Below, in pieces: positions 35,501 through 48,500 of a DNA stretch of 64,000 nt. How positions within the stretch are numbered: the stretch's first letter is position 1; the number at the start of each line of letters is the position of its first letter. A model generated the notes under the pieces. It ran no database searches. It had not been told where the DNA came from and was given only the letters and a program-made list of their open reading frames with translations. Origin of the DNA: Bispira polyomma (Eukaryota); the NCBI GenBank assembly GCA_965649765.1, contig OZ287752.1:37944001-38008000 (forward strand), read 5' to 3'. The translations under genes and the position numbers were made by a program.

Positions 35501-36395
35501 ATGTAGACGAACAATGCCATTAAGCTTTTGACAATTCCAGTAATCCCTTCCTCCAGCCTGTGCCCGGTAGCTGCTTTAAGGAATGTCCTCGCCCTAACAC
35601 CCCCTGGTAGCAACATGCCTCTTTTTTAGTACAGAAGGGGCAGCTCCTGGGAGGCGATGACGGCCACCCGTTTAAGGCGTCATTTGAAGAATGTCTTGCT
35701 GCTCCTGGGTTGTCAGCACAATAATCTTACTTTCAATGATTTCTGGCGTTCAGGTGCCACGTTTGCTTTTAATAATAATTTCAACATACAGGACATTCAA
35801 CGACATGGCACCTGGACATCGGATTGTGTCTGGAGGTATATAACCGATTCGTCCCAGGCTGGCTCTCAGGTTGCAGACTCCTTCAGATTGGCCCTACAGC
35901 ACTACTCCTAGGTTTCTTGGCTTTGGTACTGGGTTTTCTGTTTCAGCTGTAAATATAAAATGCAATACATTAATGTATAATAAATAAAGTTTAAATGTGG
36001 ACAGTACAGCAATGACTGTCCGGGGGCATAAGGTCAACCTAACTGCTGGGTGCATAATGCACTCTTCACAGTCTTAGTAGAGCTTGAACGTATTACACAA
36101 AAAACTTCTGGTATGCCCTCTGAGACTAATTGGTATACCCTCAAACCTTCAACTATTTTGACTTAAGGTAGGGTTACCTTACTGGTTCCTACCTACCTAA
36201 CTTAATTTAAGGTCAACATTGTCTGACCTCACCTTTTACTAATTTGAGGTGACTTTAGGGCACCCTTAGTGATTCTTAAATCTAAATTTAAGGTCACCTT
36301 TAAGGTCACCCATGTTTTCAATTTTGGTATTTAAGGTCACCTTACGGCATCTCTGTTCAAACTCACAGTCATTTAAGATGACCTTATGCCCCCTC
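32570..36395 (+). mobile_element. Degenerate Ngaro/DIRS tyrosine-recombinase retrotransposon (RT, RNase H, YR); gag not recognised
   Basis: RT: RRVIINLSWPHGQSVN, KVDVSRAFRHVPIDP, NYIDDF. RNase H: IAELEMINILVA, KCDNQAVV, NIADLLS. YR: FWRSGATFAF..QRHGTWTSDCVWRY. Boundaries are approximate. Confidence 0.88.
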
Positions 36396-36899
36396 CTTAC
36401 TGGCTGAAACTGTAGATAGAAATCTTAGACCTAACACACTTTTAGTCACTAATAAATTTACCGGAAGTCGTTTTATTGTGTTGCAATCCAAATTCATGTC
36501 CATCTTACTTTAAGACATTAATTCACTGATACCCTGGGAAACTGATTTCATTAATGAGGATAACATAGTCTTTACTCAAACTGAGATGTTGTTAAATTTC
36601 CATATACCCTAACCATGTTTAAATTTATTTGGGCAAATTTGGATCTTTATTCTCTACTATTGAATGATCTGATCTATAGCTAGGTTTAATATTACAACTC
36701 TTTACAATATCTGTCATTGAAGCTGTTTTTAAAAACTAGGCTAACCTGACTTGTTTTAAAGGGTTCTTCCAAGAGAACTGTTTCTGATCTGGATAAATCT
36801 AATGTAATGTAACATTTATAGCTCTTATCTCTGTTCTCGTAGATTTTAAGGTGCCTGAGACAGAAAATTATTTGACAATAACATATAGCCATTGGACGT

Positions 36900-37160
36900 A
36901 CAGGGGTCATGACAATAGAAGACACCGTAAAAAGGTAGGAGGCTATTATGAAGTAAAAAAGCCTTGCTAAATAGGTAGGTTTGAGCTTTGAGGAGGTAGG
37001 AGCATCATAAGAGAACCTTTTGCTTTCAATTGCTTTGCAGGCTATTTTCTATGATTGAGTTGATAGTGATACTGGTTCACTTTAAGAAGTCCAACATTGG
37101 AAAGCATCTTGCCGTTTACAGACAATAATTTAACCTCTACATAAGACTAGAAGCGTTATG
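36900..37160 (-). mobile_element. L2/CR1-like LINE 3' remnant
   Basis: Degenerate LPMLDF...GSLMMLLPPQSSNLP/KLKPTYL end similar to the 61.6-61.85 kb LINE. Confidence 0.4.
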
Positions 37161-39087
37161 TGGGCTGAAAATATGAGATAGGCCAATAATACAAGGATTG
37201 ACTAAAATACATATAACTTATTTTATTTTAAAGCGTTTATTGGTGTTATAAAAGTCCAGTACTATACCTTAACTAGCTAGTATCTATACATCTAGAAGCC
37301 CGGATGTAAGAAACCATGTCAAACTGTGAATTAAACCTGAATTAACACCAACATTATGAAAATTTAACCTTATATGTTCTCATGTTTGCTTTAATTCATT
37401 AAATTTCTTCCATTTCGCAAGTACTACATATGCTTTTCTAATGATGTTTACATATATTGAAATCAGCCATTTTTGTATGGCATCAAACCTTAAACAAAAG
37501 ATCACATTTATAAAAAGATGAATATTGGAGTATTGGAAAGAGAAGATTAAAACTAAAATTTAATCAAATACTACTTTATATGCACACATGCTTATTTCAT
37601 TTTAATTGCTTCAATTCACAGATTTAGAAGTATATATATCTATACCAGACATGTGAGGTTTTACCTCGTAGTGTTTGTTATATAAACAATACATTATGTA
37701 AACTTAATGGAGTATGAGGGCCTTTAGGCCTGAGTACCCATGAACTCTACATAATGTAAGTGCTACCAGGTGTTTATCTATTATAAAACCCAACTAAAAC
37801 AATATTTTTGAATAAAAATTTAAATTAAATTAAAAACGCTTCTTTAAATATTTACTTTATTAAATGGTAAGAAAACGCTACCACAACATTATTTTCTAAT
37901 GCTACATTATTAGAAAATAATGTAGTGCCATTAGAAGATATTTTATGAAAAATAAAAGATGTGGGTCAATATTCAGTTATAAAAATACCTGACTGTTACT
38001 CAGAGCCTATTCGGTTAATTGGCAAGTTCGGAAAATTCATTCAAATATTCTATAATGAGGTTTTAAGGCAAAATTATGTGAACAAGAAATTATTAAAAAC
38101 TTTTAAGGGTAATTTTCATTGTTGCAATGGTTTCTGTTCAGCCAAATAAGATATGTGACCACGTCAGCAGTCATTGGCTGCTCGTTTAGGAGTAAATGTG
38201 TTGTCAGTAAATATCAGCTACGACACTGTCATATGTCAATCTGGCAGGGACTTTTACCTTTCTTTGTCTTGTAGATAAGCCTCATTGCGGTCTGATAGTG
38301 TATTCTAGCTTTACGCTCTTAAATGAAGAAGTATTTGATTATTATTGTTATTTCACCATAATGGCTACTAATAATGGTTCTCCAGATGTCACAAGTAGAT
38401 GCAGCTGCCGCTCTTTAACAATACAAACTGTACCAAATCAATTATGTGAATTTATGTTGTGGCATTACATTAACGAAAGCAGCAACATTAAACATGAAAG
38501 CCAGTGAAAACTTTCAAATGTTAAGTCATTCAATGATACCTGATGCATATATACCATGTGTGTTTGTTTGTAAATTATTAAAATTTGTGTCCATAAAATA
38601 GCGAATTACAGCTATAAAAACTTCAAACATACCAAGAGTCAACAACAGATAGGAAATGTAGCTCACAGTTCTCTTGACAAGTGATCTTGAGTTATATCTT
38701 TGGAGGTATATTTCTACATATCCCCACAATAATCAAAAATACGTTTTCACTGTTCTACGATGAACCAGCACTAGGTTTGTGGTTGTTTTGACTAAGAAAA
38801 TACTTGACTAACCTTTACAGGGTACATATGCAAAGGATATTTGATACTTCTAACATGTTTTTGTCTGCACGAAATGGGCTCACCGGAAATAATGGTGACT
38901 GATACTTTCCTATTGATAGCAAATGTTGTCCGACAAGTTATTTAAAATATAGACTATATTTAGACTATAGTCTAGTGGAAAATCCATTCTAAGCATTAAT
39001 AGATTGAACAAAAATGGTAATGTTTTTTTTAATTATCACTGTTTTATATAACATAAATATAAAACATAAATATATTTTTCAAAATGC

Positions 39088-39093
39088 TTTATT
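39088..39093 (-). terminator. Polyadenylation signal AATAAA of the secreted-protein gene
   Basis: About 118 nt downstream of the TAA stop, followed by T-rich sequence. Confidence 0.55.
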
Positions 39094-39210
39094 GTGTAGC
39101 TGGCTAAAATGTACAACATATTGTACGTTGTCAAGCTGAAAATGACATCATAGTAATATGCCTTCAAGGCATGTACAATTTGATATTATTTGTTCAGATG
39201 ATTGTATCTT

Positions 39211-42002
39211 TTATTCTTCGTCCATCATGCCATGGCAACTATCGGAGACAAACTTCTTGACTATTACTGTACAACCTTCACAGGGTATAAATCCAAAGGA
39301 CATTCTTATTACATTGAATGTTTGGGAAAAGCATACTCGCTGCCAGACAGTGGGATCCTCGATCTTAGCCTGTAAATTATAAAGCCAATAATATTCTGTT
39401 ATATTATGATATATTTTTATTATTGCAAAATGTGAAGGGAATAATTTTATCTTAAGTATTTGATGTTTAACAAATGATTAAGATGGTCAAGAATGTTAAG
39501 CAAACAACTGTATCTCAGTTCATCTCGACTACATAGTGTTAACAGATGATTAATATATTACTACGATTACATTACTTGACAGAGTCTCACGTACTTGCTC
39601 CCTTGATTCTGGCTCTCTATAAACACCAGTCACTTCGTCAGCTCCCATGACATCAAAACAAACTAGCCTTGAGATAAAGTCTTTTGTGACTTTACGCTGT
39701 TTTACTATAGAAAAAACCACATTTAATAGACCAGGAATATGACATACAATGACCAGAACACCCTAAGCAGTCCAATATCTTCTTTAACTTGTAATAACAA
39801 CAGAACAAACTTTAGGATGTCTAGTTGTACAAACAGGAACTTAATGTGTACCTGGCATGTTTTTTGTTCTGCATTTTATCAAGTGAGTATTTATCTATGT
39901 TATGAATTGGGTATTCTGTAACATAAACATAAATATTCAGTGGTATAGGTCTGTAGCTGAGTGAGTACAGACTATTTGATGTGTACTTGGCTGAGAGTAT
40001 ATACGGTTGCCAAAATTGCAGCAGAAAATGTAAAAGTAGTTGGCTGTTTTTTTTTAAAAATAAGCACTTTAATACCTTTGTGTCTTCTTTTATGGACAAT
40101 GATTGGTGATTGCAATGCAAAAAATCCCTAGCTAAGAAGATGTGCAATAAACAATGTGCATCCAATCAAAGACCTAGCCAATAAATATGTGGATATCTTA
40201 TTTTGTGGATACACCTGGGTCAAATACCTACAAATTGCTGGTTAATAGCTATGGAAAGAATATCAAACTCCTTAAAACACTATATATTACTTTGTAAGTA
40301 AACAAAGGTACATGTGTACTGTAAGAATTTTAAACTCGAATAATTTAAATCACAGGTGAATATCTGTGTAAATTTAAACATTAAACTGTAACATACCTTC
40401 AATATAAAATGCAAAGTTTTCGGTCCTTTTGTATTCCTTGCCTGATCCAGCTAATGCATTCTTCGCAATTCCTCCTTTTGGAGCAACACTAAAGCGCATG
40501 ACATCTTTTCGTGTGTCATAGTTTAGTACTACACCAACTGGCATATCTTTTGGGCAGTTTTTAGGGTAGACAATACTCGCAGCCTCCCCTGAAGAATGTA
40601 AATAGTACAGTTTCAACACTAAGGACATGTCTTTGTGATAATTTAGCTAATATGATCAATGTTATTCAGATGGTTTACAAGTATATCACACAAGTATATC
40701 ACACATTTTGTTTTGCACTATTTAAAATATTTTAAAGCTGAAAGTTGCAAAAGTAACACCCTCACTTACAATATTTTTAACAATATTTAAAATTTTTCTA
40801 AAGGACTCATTATAGAAAACAGCAAATATTATTGCTTATTAATAGTGACTGACTATTTTTAACATTTTCTATTTAGGAATGATGTAGTTATAGCGTCACT
40901 GTGTTGCACGGAAGAAGAAGGTAATATTTTTTGCTTCCTTGATATTCCAGATGACGAGGAAAATGCCCAATCTCATTAGTTGTTCGTACTTCATATATCG
41001 TGCTCAATGCACATAACTGATATAGCGTTGTTATATCAAAAAGAAAAAGAACAACACAAAACATATTGACACAGTACACAGATAATTTATTATATTATTG
41101 ATTTGCCTTGCATTAAAGTTGGCACAGTTTGTATTTCTCATAAATAGTCAATCTTTTATGTTTCCAACTACTGTTACATATTTTTGAAATAATTGTCCAA
41201 AAACCATTTAAATCTACTTGGTGGCAACTGTATCTCTTGTACATTTTAATTCTTGACATATGACATTAAAGTTTCTGCTTAAATTTGACATACTACCTTT
41301 CATTATCAAAGTTACAGATAATTTAATAAGTGGATTACTGCAACATGTGATGTGATACAGAAACTTATTGAACCTTTTATACACCTGTAAATTTCCACAG
41401 GAACATCTTCACATATCAATGGCAAATATCTACTGTGTGTTCAATTACGAAAGTTAAAAAGATGATGAATACATTCACGCCAGGTTACATAACATTTCCT
41501 TATATGTGAATGACATCAGTCTTTGCGGGTGAGCTTAAGTGAGTACTATTCCTGTGATTAGTTGTTAAATTAATATTGATTGTTTTTTTACAGACAAATA
41601 GTTGTGTAGGTGACGACAATCAAACATCTTAGGATCCATGAATCTCAGGATAATGAATCTACTGTAAAAGGTTTGTGGTATGTTAAATAATATCAAAGCC
41701 ACCCCTTTCAAGAAACACTAATAATACAGCTGAATTATTAAATTAATGTGTGTTGTTTGTCCAATGGTATATCTGGTAAGCCTTTCACTAGGAAATTAAT
41801 TTAGTTTTAGCTATATTGTATACGTAGACACAACAATAAAATAAATAGTTATGACCTTATTTCCGAATAAAAAGCTATTTGTACAAAAAACTTTTATAAT
41901 GAAATTCATCTTTGCAATACTAACATAAAAAATCTTAGGAAAACATAAGGCCTTACCTTGATACAGCATAACTGCAGCAATCAACAAACAGGACAGCATC
42001 AT
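39211..42002 (-). CDS. Uncharacterised secreted protein, 168 aa, 4 exons (42002-41957, 40588-40397, 39704-39595, 39369-39211)
   Basis: All introns are GT-AG with compatible phases (1,1,0) and there are no internal stops. N-terminal signal-like peptide MMLSCLLIAAVMLYQGEA; 6 Cys in the mature part; upstream TATAAAA and downstream AATAAA. Confidence 0.88.
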
Positions 42003-42088
42003 CTTTGAATGTTGTACTTCGTCAAGGAAACTCAAGAGTGTAAAGATGTTCTTGGTCTGATGTGGTAAAAACCTCAGTGGGAGGTACA

Positions 42089-42095
42089 TTTTATA
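42089..42095 (-). promoter_or_regulatory. TATA box of the secreted-protein gene
   Basis: TATAAAA about 90 nt upstream of the ATG, implying a 5' UTR of about 60 nt. Confidence 0.6.
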
Positions 42096-44869
42096 GACCT
42101 CACTCACACCTTCATGCAGTATTTTACAGCTATTCCTTATGAAAAATATGTACTTTTTACACCATTAGTTCATGTCTTTCCAGAAATTAATTATTTCCGT
42201 TGTTTTTTTAAAATGAATATACAATATATCCATGCAGCAGACATTAACACATGTTTGCACTATCATTTAATATTTTTCACAAATTTTTTATTCTTTTTTT
42301 TAATGAATATACATTTCTTTACAGAAGACATTACAAACATTGATGTTTAATCTATACTTCATCTTGGAGAGACAAAGAGCTTGGGACTGGCACATATCTT
42401 TTTTTGGCTCTAAAATGTAATTTCAAATGATGCCTGTATAAAAAAAACACTAATTACAAAAATTAATAGAACAAAGAACTGATACATGCATACGTAGAAA
42501 CATGACATATGAAATGATTTTCTGTTGTAAAGGTTTTTTACATGGAATCAATTTGCTCAAGAATTGTTCAAACATGGTCCTTTCATTAGCAAATAACTTT
42601 TGCAAAATGTGTCATAGTATGGGAAATAATTATCTTACAATAATGACCATCATGAGACAGGTGTATTTTTAAACTTGCAGCATCTTGTACAATATACATG
42701 TTTCCATTACCGTAAAGCAATATAATTTAACAACGATGAAAATAACATATTTACTTCTCTTCCAATACTTGCATAGGGTCTCAGTGGTATAGAGGTACCA
42801 GGCAAGCTCGCCTTCCACCTCTGCAGACTTGAGTATAAATTTTGTGTATTAGAAAATTGGCAACTGACACTAGCGCGTTTACAACTTCATGATTAGGATT
42901 TCTGTACCATTAAACTGCAGGCTATGATATAACGTAGTTGTTGAATGTGACATTAAACCCAAACCAAATCTTTGAAAAGGACACAAGCACCTTCGTAAAA
43001 CTAAATTGCCATAAGTCTTTATGGAATTTTGAAAATACGGATTATATTTCTGACTGATAACAAGTATATTAGCACACAATATAATTAGTTTATCAGGTAT
43101 CAAAATGTTTTGCCCCCCCTATAATTTACCTTTTTATCACTGGCATTGGCATTTTTATGAATTACTTATCCTTCAAATGTCTAAAACAAAAAATTCTGCA
43201 TTCAAATGTATGCCTATATCTGGTATTCAGAACATTATTTGACTCTTTCCTGACAGTGACAGTCAACTGCATCAGTTAGTGTCATTTACCTAACTGAACA
43301 GAGAGGCTTGATGATGACCATTTATCAACATCGTAAGTATATTAAGCCTGCCAGTGGTTATAGGACTCAGTGACAGAGGACCACCGTTTTAAGTGTTCAT
43401 CCGAGCCACAAGGCAAATGCATGTAAACATCTTGTCCAAGGATGTTATCGAATCAATAAAACTAGTGGCATGTGGCCACAGTGGACAACAAATATAAACT
43501 TTATGAAAAACAATATAAATCATGTGAATTTTGTATTAACTATATCAACATAGGTTCTTTTATCACCATTTTTATAGTGAGTTGGCCTCACAGCAATTAT
43601 AACTATAAGTCTTTATTTGTATGGCATTAAGCATAACACCACTTTCATTTGGCTAGCTTTTCTTGTAAAACCTTAATAATGTTGCTCAGAATTTAGGTCA
43701 ATGGTCAACGATAAAGAACAAATAAAATGCTAACAGTCAGGGTTAGAAACTCAAGTCAGACATTTTAACATGACAATTCTCTAGGGTAACATACTTTCTT
43801 TATTAAGTAATATTTATTAGAGATAAAATTTTCATAGAATAATGCATCAGATATAAGTTTGGCCAAGTTAGAGAAAAGAAAACATTTGTTGTAAGGAAAA
43901 TGATCGATCATACACTAACAGCAACGTGCTTGAAACCATTAGAGATGTATTATATGGAGATAAAACTTTCATGAAATAATAAAACAGCTATAATGAGTAA
44001 GTTGAAGAAAAAAGACATCAGTTGTAAAGAAAACAATCCATCATATACTAATATGTACGCAACTAAAAACAATTGGAAGCAAGAGAGCATTGATCAAAGC
44101 AATCAACAAAAAATGTATGACTGTGCGTTGTGAGACGTTGTTGCCAGGAGTAGATTAATAATGTGTCAGTATTATTTATACTTGTTTTTTCACTTTACAA
44201 GACAACACATATGATAAATATCCTGTACAGGATATTGTTGGCTTGAAGTATAACATACTTTTTGTCTTCTACACTAGTGATTTGCAGATGAACTCTTACA
44301 AAAGCAACAGTAAATCTGTGTGTCTTAAGTACAATACAGTGAAAAGACAAATGTAACAGATAAATTATTAGTTCAGAAAATTAGAACACTTTAGTCGAAA
44401 GTTATTATACAGTTTGATGGAATAAAGTACTACATCATAAAAATGTGGCTGCATTTGCGTTATCACTGAGAAAATATGACTTTGTTGTCACAAAATATAT
44501 GTGTAAAATAACAATTTAAACATAATTAATCTTCTTTTTGCTGCTTGATACACATTTAAATAATGTTGCAATAAATAACATACAATAAGATTTCACATCA
44601 GGAGAAGAGTCATATATTTTGCAATGTACATGGTACTCATTAAACACCTTAACAATGTATGACAGGAGGTTGATAGGAGACAATACCTGACTATTTTTTT
44701 TCATGTATCACCAACACAATAATAGCAGGGAAGTTGCTAAGCTAATTAAAAAATATGTCCAGCAAAATATTTTAGAGTAAAATCTAAAATATATTTAAAA
44801 GATATTTAAAATTTCACTTTTTTAAAAAGTAAGTATATTGTCTTAAATGTGGTTTTGAAATTCCTGGTC

Positions 44870-45366
44870 TTGTCTTGGTGGAAGTATGCACTCTACTGAG
44901 TGCCCTTCTAGTTTGCAATATTTGTTTTTACAAGAGTCTGTTGGTTTGTATGTTTGTTGCAAGGATTAGATAAGAACTACGGAAAAGATTTTCATGAAGT
45001 CTGATGGGCATAGGCCAATTAAGATCTCAGATCAACGTAGATTTTGTGAACTTTGTTTTGGCTCTGTGGAGCCATGGTTGATTTATGTACTCTACTGAGT
45101 GCCATTATTGTTATGTTAGTTGTATATGTTATATTAGTAACCTTTACCAAGGATGTTATCTTTTCACTTGTGTTGGTTTGTAACCAGGACTACAAAAAAG
45201 CAACCCAAACTGATTTACATGAAGTTTTGTTTGAAAGATGCAGCATGAGCCAGGAGAAATCCATTGAAGCAGAGACGGAGGTCGGAGAGTGTATTCATAT
45301 TTTTTTTGGGGGGGAACTGTTGGACCTTGTCGGATGTATACCCTCTACTCAGTGCTCTTCTAGTGA
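44870..45366. repeat. Cluster of three short HINE-like element ends
   Basis: CTCTACT(G/C)AGTGC followed by (C/T)TTCTAGT-like ends at about 44890, 45089 and 45343; a related copy lies at about 27908. Confidence 0.5.
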
Positions 45367-45559
45367 CTATTCACTTACTACTGCTAGAAACTTTGACAGG
45401 AAATATGTGGAATTATCCAACTTTTCATTTTCTCTAAATGAATTCGACATTGTAACATCATTTGTTATTAAAAATAACATAACTTAAAGTGATGTTTACA
45501 CAATCCAGCCTCTCTCATAGATAAGTTCTCTATTTAATGTCAAACTAGTGTTTTGATAT

Positions 45560-48500
45560 TGGTGAGGTTGCGAGAACATGTGTAGTCAAGGCGAGACTTG
45601 CAGCTTAGGTTGCCAGCTGAGGCTGCCAGCAGGCCTCCTGCCTCGGAGCTGACTGGTCAGATGAATTCACAGCTAAACCTTGTAAATGATGGGCTTCAGA
45701 TGTCAGTCAACAGCTTACCAGGGGCAGTGGGGATCCTCAGACGTCAGATGTACTTCAGCAGTTGGGCCAGTTGACGCAGGCAGTGCTTTCTTTGAAGGAT
45801 GTTAACTCGCAGCTGATGAAACGGGTGAATACTATTGAATCGAGTACAAGTTCGGATGTTGTGGCTGATTCTGGTGTCAGGCCTACCGTTACTGCCCCAG
45901 TAGTATCTGTTAACCCTCCGAAGATTTCTCCCTCACTGGGAGGGGCGAAATCGTCACATGAACAGTTAAAAACTTTCGGATCTGGTTTGCATGTGTTAGT
46001 TTGGATCTGGCTGTAAGACCAGCAGTTCAGAGGCGACTACTGGAGGACCAGGAGGATCAAATACTGGACTTTGGTATGTCAAATTTTAAAGCTAGTAACT
46101 GAAAAGTTAAATCTGGTCAGTTTAGAGTTGGGGGGGGAACCCCCTTGTAAGAGGTTCGTATATTGGCCTCATGATCTGTGTTTTGTTGGAAGTGACTGTA
46201 AAAGAGTGACATATGATGAGCTTATATTGTTGCAATGGTCTCTGGGTTTTAATAGATGTATTCTTAAATAATCCAATTTGCAAATTCAGCAAAACATGCT
46301 TAAGTATAGTACTTAGTTACTACAAAATGCCATGGACCTCGGTTGGTCAGTAGCCAAAGGGGCGCATAGGGTTATTATGTGTAGTATGGAAGACGGGTTA
46401 TTAACCTGGGTAGAACCAGATAAAGTAGATGATATTCGGCGGCAGTTTGCCCAAAGACAAGTAGTGGCTAATGCCAAATCGGGTTATGTTAAGTCAGCTT
46501 CCGGTTTCTCCAATAACAAGCAAGTATGTATTAAATTTCAGTTGGGCACTTGTGAATCCAGTGTAGATCACAAAGTAGGCAATGTTTGGCTAAGGCACGT
46601 TTGTGCTTATTGTATGAGTACTATGAATCGGCCATACCCTCATAAGGAAATGGACTGTCAAAAGAAAAAAGCAAAAAACGTAGGCGCTATCTCTTGGCAG
46701 TAAATAAGGCAGTTAAAGTTAATAATTGCAAGACGGTTGAGAGGCGTAGTCAAGTAACTGAAGATATTATTTTACCACCGGCAGTACAGCCGAGTTGTAA
46801 TGTTAATGTATGTCAAAGGGTTCATAATGCTAGAAATAAGGTTAACTGTGATGACAATCTGAAAAATGAGAAAATTAAACAGTTAAAAATGGACGTTAAA
46901 CCTATTGCTCAAGGCAGTAGTACTGATAAGTTTATAGACATTGAAGTTAAGCTCGCCAGTAATGGCTGTACCTGTTGTTTAAAATTAAAGCAGGATGTGT
47001 GTAATTGCATATGTTGTATATATTGTTTAATGCAAAAATCCTGTATAATGGGGAGGGGGCATGATAGTGCACTTGAAAGTCAGCAGAAACCTGTGGATAA
47101 ACAGGTATTTACTGTCACAAATACTACTTGTCTGGATTCTCATCCGGTTATGTCAGGAACATGTGAAATCCACACAAAATGGCTCGATTTCAGCAAGCAC
47201 AGTATTTCCTTTCGCTAGTAAATCTCAAAATTTCATCACTGCGCGACAGTGTGCGCAGAAGCGTTTAAATGGTTTGGGCAGAAATGGTCAAACTCACTTG
47301 AGTCTAGGCGGCAATACTCCCGCGAAGTTCTACCAGAATGGCTCGGGAATATACTTTAATCTTTGGAAACTTGATTTCCGCAGTTCGGTTATACTTTGTC
47401 CTTCCAAAGGGGGTACACGCGCCACTTTTTGTGACAAGTGTAGTGTTGTTTTGTCTGGAGTGTTGAATAGTTTGGTGCGTGGCGTTGTCTGTCGGGCATT
47501 TATACATTTTCTCTTGTATACTACACCAAATCTGGTGAGGTGGTTGGCGCGTGTCGCTTGTGCGCGCGCAGGTATATGTCTGACTAGGCGTCAATATACA
47601 GCCAGCACTGCTGGCTTGCTTACCATATTTGGGCACACACTGAAGTTGTATAATACTTTGGCCTACTTGGCTCGTGTGTTACTGGTTTCTTCATATTATG
47701 AGGGTACTTGCATAAAATTTATCTTACAAATGAGTTTAGCAACTTTATTAGTATAATTTGTGTGCACATGTATGCCTAATGTACGAGCCTGGTTTATTTT
47801 TAAACAAACAATTTTCAAACACAGCAATAACCAAAAGGTCTTATCAGTAATATAACATGCACAAGCTTACAAAAGCACTTTACTGGTAGTTGTACACATA
47901 ACAAGGTCTGGCTATATATACCGACCACTGTTAATGGACTGATAACACTTGGTTGTATTAAAGCAGTGTGTTATAGTTATGTTACCCAGAGTCTTTATAG
48001 TATTATTCAGTACATATATAACATTTACATCTTTGTTATTAAATAGTGTACTTATGTTTGTATGTGGCAGGGTTACACTTGTATGAGTTGACTGTTATTG
48101 GCACAGCACAGGTTGTACTTGACAAGATGTACAGTTTTGATGGTCTGTACATTTGGTGGTTTTTGTATTGGTTCTATACACAAGTTGGGTATCCTTTTGT
48201 TAACCTTTGTCGGCATACACAAGGTAATACTGTACACAGTAATGTCTCATCGGGTAATCAGATAGACAGTAGTCAAGACCTTTCTTCATATTATAATGGT
48301 CATTATATACAGTGCATATATCCTGGACAATTTAAATTTGGTTACTTACCTACAGGTAGTCAATTAATACCAATTACTGGCAGTTGCAATGCAATTACTT
48401 ATGATTCAGCAGTACAGCTGAATAAAATTGGTTATGGTGGTTGTTTTAATTTTCTGTATCCACGTATTCCAGTACAGTCTTCACTTAACATACCTGTTTA

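Noticed and set aside
41570-41665. Possible extra exon in intron 1 of the secreted gene
   Set aside because: In-frame TGA after a few codons; exons 1 and 2 already join in phase.
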